From positions 192,001 through 256,000 of the forward strand of contig OY970192.1 in the NCBI GenBank assembly GCA_963708135.1: 64,000 bases of DNA, read 5' to 3'. Both the position numbers and the translations under genes were made by a program. Numbering within the stretch: the first letter of the stretch is position 1; every line of letters starts with the position of its first letter. Source of the DNA: an uncultured Gemmatimonadales bacterium (GTDB lineage Bacteria; Gemmatimonadota; Gemmatimonadetes; Longimicrobiales; RSA9). Shown in pieces: positions 57,125 to 64,000 of this stretch. Under the pieces are notes generated by a model. It had not been told where the DNA came from and did no database searches. It saw only the letters and a program-made list of their open reading frames with translations.

Positions 57125-57326
57125 GTGCCGCCGTCACGTGCCGCCGTTCACGTGCCGCCGTTTGTAGTGCCGCCGTTGGCAGTGCCGCCGTTAGCAGTGC
57201 CGCCGTTGGCAGTGCCGCCGCTAGCAGTGCCGCCGTTGGCAGTGCCGCCGTTGGCAGTGCCGCCGTTGGCAGTGCCGCCGTTGGCAGTGCCGCCGTTGGC
57301 AGTGCCGCCGTTGGCAGTGCCGCCGT
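57125..57326. repeat. 15-bp tandem repeat (GTGCCGCCGTTGGCA), 14 cores
   Basis: GTGCCGCCG at 57125, 57138, then every 15 bp from 57152 to 57317. Confidence 0.95.
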
Positions 57327-57418
57327 CGTTGGTCCCCCCCCGGTTGCATTTCCTCACCCGCTCGACATTTTCAGACCCTGGACCGACGCTGGACGCACAT
57401 GGAAAACGGGCGCATACC

Positions 57419-60193
57419 ATGACGACGAAAACGATCGAGACGCGCGGCACGCTGGAGGTGGGGGGGCGTCGCTTCACCCTCTTCCGGCTGGACGCGCTGG
57501 AGAAGGCGGGGCTGCCGGTGGGGCGGCTGCCCTATTCGCTCAAGGTGCTGCTGGAGAACCTGCTCCGGCACCAGGACGGGCGGGTGGTGCGGGCGGAGGA
57601 CGTGGAGGCGCTCGCCGAGTGGGATGCGAAGGCGGTGCCGGACCGCGAGATCGCGTTCACGCCGGCGCGGGTGCTGCTGCAGGACTTCACGGGCGTGCCG
57701 GCGGTGGTGGACCTGGCGGCGATGCGGGACGCCATGGCGGCGATGGGCGGCGACCCGAAGAAGATCAACCCGCTGCAGCCGGCGGAGCTGGTGATCGACC
57801 ACTCGGTGCAGGTGGACGAGTTCGGGACGAAGATCGCGTTCGAGACGAACTCGGACATGGAGTATCGTCGCAACCGGGAGCGCTACGCGTTCCTGCGCTG
57901 GGGGCAGACGGCGTTCGAGAACTTCCGGGTGGTCCCGCCGGAGACGGGGATCGTGCACCAGGTGAACCTGGAATACCTGGCGCGCGTGGTGTTCGGCCAC
58001 GGCGCGGAGGGCGAGGCGCCGCTGGCGTACCCGGACACGCTGGTCGGCACGGACTCCCATACCACGATGGTGAACGGGCTGGGCGTGCTGGGCTGGGGCG
58101 TGGGCGGGATCGAGGCGGAGGCGGCCATGCTCGGGCAGCCCGTGTCGATGCTGATCCCGCAGGTCGTCGGCTTCCGCATGGAGGGGGAGCTGCCGGAGGG
58201 CGCGACCGCCACGGACCTCGTGCTGCGCGTCACGCAGTTGCTCCGGCAGCGCGGGGTGGTCGGCAAGTTCGTCGAGTTCTTCGGCCCCGGCCTGCACACG
58301 CTGCCGCTGGCCGACCGCGCGACCATCGCCAACATGGCGCCGGAGTACGGCGCCACCTGCGGCATCTTCCCGATCGACGCCGAGACGCTGAAGTACCTTC
58401 GCTTCACGAACCGCAGCGAGACGCACGTGGCGCTGGTAGAGGCTTACGCGCGCGAGCAGGGGCTGTTTCACACCAAGGACTCGCCCGAGGCGGAGTACAC
58501 GGACACGCTCGCGCTGGACCTGGCCACGGTCGAGCCGTCGCTCGCGGGGCCACGCCGGCCGCAGGACCGCATCGCGCTCTCGGACGCCAAGCGCTCGTTC
58601 ATGGAGGCGCTCGGCGAGCTGACCAAGGCCGTGGGCCCGAGGCCGGCGCCGAAGGAGAAGGAGCGCTGGGAGGGGGAGGGCGGCGAGCCGGTCGAGGCGG
58701 CCGTGGGCACGGCGCCCCGCCGCGAGGTGCGCTGCGTGCTGGCGGGCGGGGACGTCACGCTGTGCGACGGCGCGGTGGTCATCGCCGCGATCACGAGTTG
58801 CACCAACACCTCCAACCCGTCCGTCATGTGCGCGGCCGGGCTGCTGGCGAAGAAGGCGGTGGAGAAGGGGCTCATGGCGAAGCCGTGGGTCAAGACGTCG
58901 CTTGCACCCGGCTCGAAGGTGGTCACCGACTACCTGGGCGAGGCGGGGCTCACGCCCTACCTCGAGCGGCTCGGCTTCAACCTCGTCGGCTACGGCTGCA
59001 CGACCTGCATCGGGAACAGCGGCCCGCTCCCGGAGGCGGTCTCGCGCGCGATCCAGGAAGGCGACCTCGTCGCCTGCAGCGTCCTCAGCGGCAACCGCAA
59101 CTTCGAGGGCCGCATCAACCCCGACGTGCGCGCCAACTACCTGGCCTCGCCGCCGCTCGTGGTGGCGTACGCGCTCGCGGGGCGCATGGACATCGACCTC
59201 TACAACGAGCCGATCGGCACCGACGAGACCGGGCGCTCCGTCTTCCTCAAGGACATCTGGCCCACGCAGAAGGAGGTGGCCGACGTCGTCCGCAGCGCCG
59301 TGCGCGCCGACATGTTCGAGAAGGAGTACGCCGAGGTCTTCACCGGCGACGAGCGCTGGCGCTCGCTGCCGATCCCCGAGGGCGAGCTCTACGCCTGGGA
59401 CGACGCCTCCACCTACGTCAAGCTGCCGCCCTACTTCGTCGATATGCCGGAGGAGCCGCCCGCGCCCGCCGACATCCACGGCGCGCGCGTGCTGGCGCTG
59501 CTGGGCGACAGCATCACCACCGATCACATCTCGCCCGCCGGCTCGATCAAGAAGGACAGCCCCGCCGGGCGCTACCTCGTCTCGCGCGGCGTGGAGCCGA
59601 AGGACTTCAACTCCTACGGCTCCCGGCGCGGCAACGACGAGGTCATGGTGCGCGGCACCTTCGCCAACATCCGGCTGAAGAACCGGCTGGTGCCGGGCGT
59701 CGAGGGCGGCTTCACCCGCCACCTGCCCGACGGCGAGCAGCTCTCCATCTACGACGCCGCCATGCGCTACCAGGCCGACGGCGTGCCGCTCCTCGTCATC
59801 GCCGGCAAGGAGTACGGCTCCGGCTCCTCGCGCGACTGGGCCGCCAAGGGCACGCTCCTCCTCGGCGTCCGCGCCGTCCTCGCCGAGAGCTACGAGCGCA
59901 TCCACCGCTCCAACCTCATCGGCATGGGCGTGCTCCCGCTCCAGTTCGCCGCCGGCGAGAGCGCCGAGACGCTCGGCCTCACCGGCGAGCAGGTCTTCGA
60001 CGTCGAGGGGCTGGCCGACGCCGTCGCCAGCGGCTTCGCCTCCGGCCGCGACGTCCACGTGCGCGCCACCCGCACCGATGGCGTCGACATCGAGTTCACG
60101 GCGAGGGTCAGGATCGACACCCCGCAGGAGGTGGAGTACTACAGGCACGGCGGGATCCTGCAGTACGTGCTGCGGGGGATGCTGGGGAGGTAG
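57419..60193 (+). CDS. acnA: Aconitate hydratase AcnA
   Basis: [63 protein letters not shown]. Confidence 0.97.
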   Translation: MTTKTIETRGTLEVGGRRFTLFRLDALEKAGLPVGRLPYSLKVLLENLLRHQDGRVVRAEDVEALAEWDAKAVPDREIAFTPARVLLQDFTGVPAVVDLAAMRDAMAAMGGDPKKINPLQPAELVIDHSVQVDEFGTKIAFETNSDMEYRRNRERYAFLRWGQTAFENFRVVPPETGIVHQVNLEYLARVVFGHGAEGEAPLAYPDTLVGTDSHTTMVNGLGVLGWGVGGIEAEAAMLGQPVSMLIPQVVGFRMEGELPEGATATDLVLRVTQLLRQRGVVGKFVEFFGPGLHTLPLADRATIANMAPEYGATCGIFPIDAETLKYLRFTNRSETHVALVEAYAREQGLFHTKDSPEAEYTDTLALDLATVEPSLAGPRRPQDRIALSDAKRSFMEALGELTKAVGPRPAPKEKERWEGEGGEPVEAAVGTAPRREVRCVLAGGDVTLCDGAVVIAAITSCTNTSNPSVMCAAGLLAKKAVEKGLMAKPWVKTSLAPGSKVVTDYLGEAGLTPYLERLGFNLVGYGCTTCIGNSGPLPEAVSRAIQEGDLVACSVLSGNRNFEGRINPDVRANYLASPPLVVAYALAGRMDIDLYNEPIGTDETGRSVFLKDIWPTQKEVADVVRSAVRADMFEKEYAEVFTGDERWRSLPIPEGELYAWDDASTYVKLPPYFVDMPEEPPAPADIHGARVLALLGDSITTDHISPAGSIKKDSPAGRYLVSRGVEPKDFNSYGSRRGNDEVMVRGTFANIRLKNRLVPGVEGGFTRHLPDGEQLSIYDAAMRYQADGVPLLVIAGKEYGSGSSRDWAAKGTLLLGVRAVLAESYERIHRSNLIGMGVLPLQFAAGESAETLGLTGEQVFDVEGLADAVASGFASGRDVHVRATRTDGVDIEFTARVRIDTPQEVEYYRHGGILQYVLRGMLGR

Positions 60194-60357
60194 GGCGGGC
60201 GACATCTGGTCGACGCGGCGCTGTCATGAACGTCGGACTGGCGGCGTTCTCTGGCGGCGGTTCGGCGATCGCAAGGGAGGGGTCAGGGTGGGCGCGGCAG
60301 ACTCTCCAATGGCCTCTCCCCTGGACTCCATGGGCGGAGAAGAGGAGGCACACACTG

Positions 60358-63300
60358 ATGAAAACCGTGAGGTGGTACGTTTTCGGCGCCCTGGCGGGCG
60401 CCCTGGCGCTGGCGGTCCCGCGAGCCGTCGCCGGGCAGCAGCCCCGATTCAACATCAGCGGATCGGTCTTCGCGTCGGAGACCCGCGAACCGCTGCCTGG
60501 CGCCCAGGTGGTGCTGCGTGGCACCGATCAGGGTGCGCTGACCGACAAGAACGGGAAATTCAGCTTCGACGCGGCCGTGCCGGCGGGGAGCTACACGGTG
60601 GCCGTCAGCTACATCGGACGCCAGACGGTGACGCGGCAGGTCACGTTGAGTTCTGCCCGGCCTACGGCGACGCTGGAGCCGATCTACCTCGAGCCGGCGG
60701 CGGTCTCTCTGCAGGAGGTCGTGGTCACGGCGCCGGGCGTGCAGGCGGAGCGACAAGCGCTTGGCAACTCGATCGCAACGGTGAGCGGCGAGGCGATCAG
60801 CCGCGCGCCGGCGGCGACCGGCGTGGGCGAGGCGCTCGAGGGCAAGATCACGGGCGCGACGATCACGCAGTTGACAGGCCAGCCCGGGGGCGCGCTGACG
60901 ATCCGGCTGCGCGGCACGAGCTCGATCAACGGTTCGGCGGAGCCGCTCATCGTGGTGGACGGCACGATCGTGGACGACAACACGGAAGCGCTGATCGGGC
61001 TCAACGCCAACGCGAGCGGCGGGGGCCGGAGCGGCTCGTCGATCAGTGGGCGGCTCCAGGACATCTCGCCGGACGACATCGACCACGTGGAGGTGCTGAA
61101 GGGTGCCTCCGCCGCGGCGTTGTACGGCTCGCGGGCCAAGAACGGCGTGATCCTGATCTTCACGAAGAAGGGGCAGCAGGGGCAGACGCGGGTCAACTTC
61201 AGCTCGAACGTCTCGCTCAGCTCGACGCCGAAGACCTACGACCTGAACATGGCCCCGACGGCCGGCTATACCGACCAGCTGTTCGTCGGCACGCCGATCG
61301 GCACGCCCGTTCAGCGCTACGACATCCAGGACCAGATCTTCCGGACCGGCCTCGGCACGAACAACTCCCTCTCGCTGTCGGGTGGCAGTGGCGGTACGAG
61401 CTACTACATCGCCGGCCACTACGACAACACGCAGGGGATCCTGCGCACGACGAATTACACGAAGGAGGCAGCGCGGCTGAAGCTGACGCAGCAGCTCGGC
61501 TCGCGCTTCAGCCTCACGGGCAACGCCAACTTCATCCAGTCGGGCGGCGGCTTCCTGCCCGAGGGCGAGCAGACGCAGGGGGTGCTGACGAGCGTCATCT
61601 TCACGCCGACGACATTCAACCCTGCGTTCGACTCGAACACGGGGCGCTACCCCTATAACCCGGTGCTGGGCCCGAATCCGCTCGAGATCATGAAGGACTG
61701 GCAGGCCAAGGAGAAGGTCACGCGCTTCATCGGCGACCTCGAGGCCAACGCGCAGATCACGGACAAGATCCGGCTGCGCTACCTCTTCGGGCTGGACGAC
61801 TATCGGCAGGAGGACAAATATTTCCAGCCCCCGTTCTCGATGTCGGCCAGCTTCACGGGGTCGGTGCAGAACCCGGTGCGGCTCTCGCGCCAGTTCAATC
61901 ATGACCTGACGCTGACCGACGAGGCGCGGCTCGCGCCCAGCTTCGGCCTGACCAGCACGCTCGGGTTCCGCTACACCTCCAGCAGCGACGAAGTGGACCG
62001 GCTCGCGGCGCAGGATCTGCCGCCGGGTATCGATCTGGTTTCCGGCGCGACGCAGTTCGCCTCGCAGGGCATCACCGAGATCCACACGGTTTCGGCGTTC
62101 CTCCAGGAGCAGCTCGCCCTGGGCGACCGCTTCTACCTGACGCCGGCCGGCAACCTCGAGGCCTCTTCGGCCTTCGGCACCGACCAGCGCTGGCAGTTCT
62201 TTCCGCACCTGGGCGCATCCTGGCTGCTGGGCAAGGAGCCGTGGTTCCAGAGCTCCGGCCTGGGGAGCCTCATCAGCACGCTGCGCCTGCGGGCCGCGTA
62301 TGGGCAGACGGGCGGGCAGCCCCCGAGCGCCTATGCCCGCTTCAACAACTACATCGACGTCGCATTCTCGGGGAAGCCCGGGCTGGTGGCCAGCGCGGTG
62401 GCGGGCAACCCGGATCTGAAGCCGGAGCGCCAGCGGGAGATCGAGACGGGCTTCGACCTCGGCGTGCTGAAGGACAGGGCCAACCTGGAGTTCACGTACT
62501 ACAACCGCGACACCAAGGACCTCGTCCTCGACGTACCGCTGCCGCCGAGCTCCGGCTTCTCGTCGCAGCCGCAGAACATCGGCGAGATCGGGGACAAGGG
62601 GATCGAGGCGGCGCTGAACACCGTGAACGTTTCGCGCGGCAGCTTCGAGTGGAGCAGTCGGCTTTCGCTGGCGCACGATCGTACCAACGTAAAGCGTCTG
62701 GTCACGCAGGCGGACACGCTGGTCTTCGGTTACCTGAACGCGGTGATCGTGGGGCAGCCGCTGGGTGTGTTCTATGGCGGTGTGTACGCGCGCAACCCCG
62801 ACGGCACCATCAAGTACGCGCCCGTCGTGGTCGGCGGACAGTCGCTCAACCTGCCCGTGCGGGCGGTCGATGCCAGCGGTACTCCGATCCGCCGCGTCAT
62901 CGGTGATCCGACCCCCAACCTGACGGCGCAGCTCGGCAACACGTTCCGATTCGGCAAGGCGCAGCTTTACGTACTCTTCGACGGCCGCTTCGGCAACGAC
63001 GTGGCGAACTTCTCCCGCCGCATCGAGGAGCTCTTCGGCGTCTCCAAGGTCAACGAGAGGGAGATCAACGGCGACACCGTGCCCCGCACCTTCAGCCTGA
63101 ACCCCGCCGGGCGCAGCCTGATCTACGAGGAGTACGTCGAGAACGGCAGCTTCGTGAAGCTCCGGGAGGTCTCGCTCTCTCTCCAGCTGCCCAGCTCGAT
63201 CGCCGGCGTCATCGGCGCGAGCGCCATGGACGTGCGGGTCGCCGGGCGAAACCTGTTCACGTGGACGAACTACAGCGGCCTCGACCCGGAGGTGAGCATG

Positions 63301-63390
63301 TTCGGGGCGAGCGCAGTGGCGCAGGGTGTGGACTTCGCGAACACACCCATCCCGCGGAGCTTCGTGCTCGGCGTGAACCTCCACTACTGA
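60358..63390 (+). CDS. SusC/RagA-family TonB-dependent outer membrane receptor
   Basis: Signal peptide, CarboxypepD-like domain, LQEVVVTA, PLIVVDG, VLKGASAAALYGSRA, NPDLKPE, YSGLDPE, terminal Y. Confidence 0.95.
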   Translation: MKTVRWYVFGALAGALALAVPRAVAGQQPRFNISGSVFASETREPLPGAQVVLRGTDQGALTDKNGKFSFDAAVPAGSYTVAVSYIGRQTVTRQVTLSSARPTATLEPIYLEPAAVSLQEVVVTAPGVQAERQALGNSIATVSGEAISRAPAATGVGEALEGKITGATITQLTGQPGGALTIRLRGTSSINGSAEPLIVVDGTIVDDNTEALIGLNANASGGGRSGSSISGRLQDISPDDIDHVEVLKGASAAALYGSRAKNGVILIFTKKGQQGQTRVNFSSNVSLSSTPKTYDLNMAPTAGYTDQLFVGTPIGTPVQRYDIQDQIFRTGLGTNNSLSLSGGSGGTSYYIAGHYDNTQGILRTTNYTKEAARLKLTQQLGSRFSLTGNANFIQSGGGFLPEGEQTQGVLTSVIFTPTTFNPAFDSNTGRYPYNPVLGPNPLEIMKDWQAKEKVTRFIGDLEANAQITDKIRLRYLFGLDDYRQEDKYFQPPFSMSASFTGSVQNPVRLSRQFNHDLTLTDEARLAPSFGLTSTLGFRYTSSSDEVDRLAAQDLPPGIDLVSGATQFASQGITEIHTVSAFLQEQLALGDRFYLTPAGNLEASSAFGTDQRWQFFPHLGASWLLGKEPWFQSSGLGSLISTLRLRAAYGQTGGQPPSAYARFNNYIDVAFSGKPGLVASAVAGNPDLKPERQREIETGFDLGVLKDRANLEFTYYNRDTKDLVLDVPLPPSSGFSSQPQNIGEIGDKGIEAALNTVNVSRGSFEWSSRLSLAHDRTNVKRLVTQADTLVFGYLNAVIVGQPLGVFYGGVYARNPDGTIKYAPVVVGGQSLNLPVRAVDASGTPIRRVIGDPTPNLTAQLGNTFRFGKAQLYVLFDGRFGNDVANFSRRIEELFGVSKVNEREINGDTVPRTFSLNPAGRSLIYEEYVENGSFVKLREVSLSLQLPSSIAGVIGASAMDVRVAGRNLFTWTNYSGLDPEVSMFGASAVAQGVDFANTPIPRSFVLGVNLHY

Positions 63391-63450
63391 TCGGTGGAGG
63401 CGACCATGAATCAGAGGCATCAGTCCAATAATTGCAAGGGAGGACGCGCG

Positions 63451-64000
63451 ATGCGCAGCCGCAAGGGGATGCTCCTCCTGGGTCTGGCGGCGTTCGGGGC
63501 CGCGGGCTGCAACCAGTCCCTGGACCTGACGAACCCGAACGCGCCGACCGAGCAGGCGGTGCTGACCTCGCTCGACGGCGTCATCGCCCTGGCCGTCGGG
63601 ATGCAGGAGCAGTACGCCCAGTCCATCGAGGACTACATGGTCCCGAACTCGCTGGTCACGGACGAATGGGGGACGGACCGCAAATCGCTTCTCTCCTATC
63701 AGAGCCTGCTGTCTGGCGAAGGGTTCGACCCCGGCTACGGCGTGGTCTACTCGCCGTGGGCCAACACCTTCCAGGTGGTGAAGTCGGCGAACGGGGTGAT
63801 CGAAGCGGCGCCGCAGGTAGGAATGGGGCCCGCGCTCCAGGCCGGCGTGACATCGCTTGCGCAACTCTTCAAGGCCATGGCGCTCGGCCAGGCCATCCAG
63901 GAGTTCCAGGCGGTTCCGATCCAGCCCACGATCGAGGGAAGCACGCCGCAGCCGCGGGACGTCGTGCTCGACACGGTGCTCTCTCTCCTCGAGTCCGCGC
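63451..64000 (+). CDS. RagB/SusD-family lipoprotein, 3' truncated by the window edge
   Basis: MRSRKGMLLLGLAAFGAAGC lipobox, LDLTNPNAP; directly after susC; alternative in-frame ATG at 63406. Confidence 0.85.
   Translation, partial: MRSRKGMLLLGLAAFGAAGCNQSLDLTNPNAPTEQAVLTSLDGVIALAVGMQEQYAQSIEDYMVPNSLVTDEWGTDRKSLLSYQSLLSGEGFDPGYGVVYSPWANTFQVVKSANGVIEAAPQVGMGPALQAGVTSLAQLFKAMALGQAIQEFQAVPIQPTIEGSTPQPRDVVLDTVLSLLESA

Noticed and set aside
56980..60357. 2136-aa ORF extending SusC upstream across acnA
   Set aside because: The SusC start with SD and signal peptide is at 60358; the upstream part is an alternate frame of acnA

Overview
Very GC-rich bacterial chromosomal window. The gene style (STK-associated ECF sigma, many ADOP permeases with PadR regulators, SusC/RagA-SusD) suggests Gemmatimonadota, which is an inference. 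Housekeeping-type genes lie at both ends (tex on the left; acnA and susC/susD on the right). The centre holds nine ADOP (duplicated FtsX/MacB-type) permease genes, one of them frameshifted, plus three permease remnants and four PadR genes, each preceded by its own palindrome. There is no ABC ATPase or periplasmic adaptor gene in the window. Other genes: ECF43-like sigma plus Ser/Thr kinase, serine hydrolase, S9 peptidase, CheB-CheR-PAS histidine kinase, Zn-peptidase/ATP-grasp pair, aminotransferase, ankyrin protein with a structured leader, and three TA loci (two with apparently disabled toxins). The most unusual signal is non-coding: at least eight full copies of a 171-174 bp element, in four sequence families, each built from three inverted-repeat units at a 60-62 bp pitch. 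They sit mostly just after stop codons, and one family is amplified into a 1.5 kb tandem array between two divergent permease genes. Many short, internally deleted gene scraps indicate active gain and loss. All alignments were done by eye; no database searches were run.
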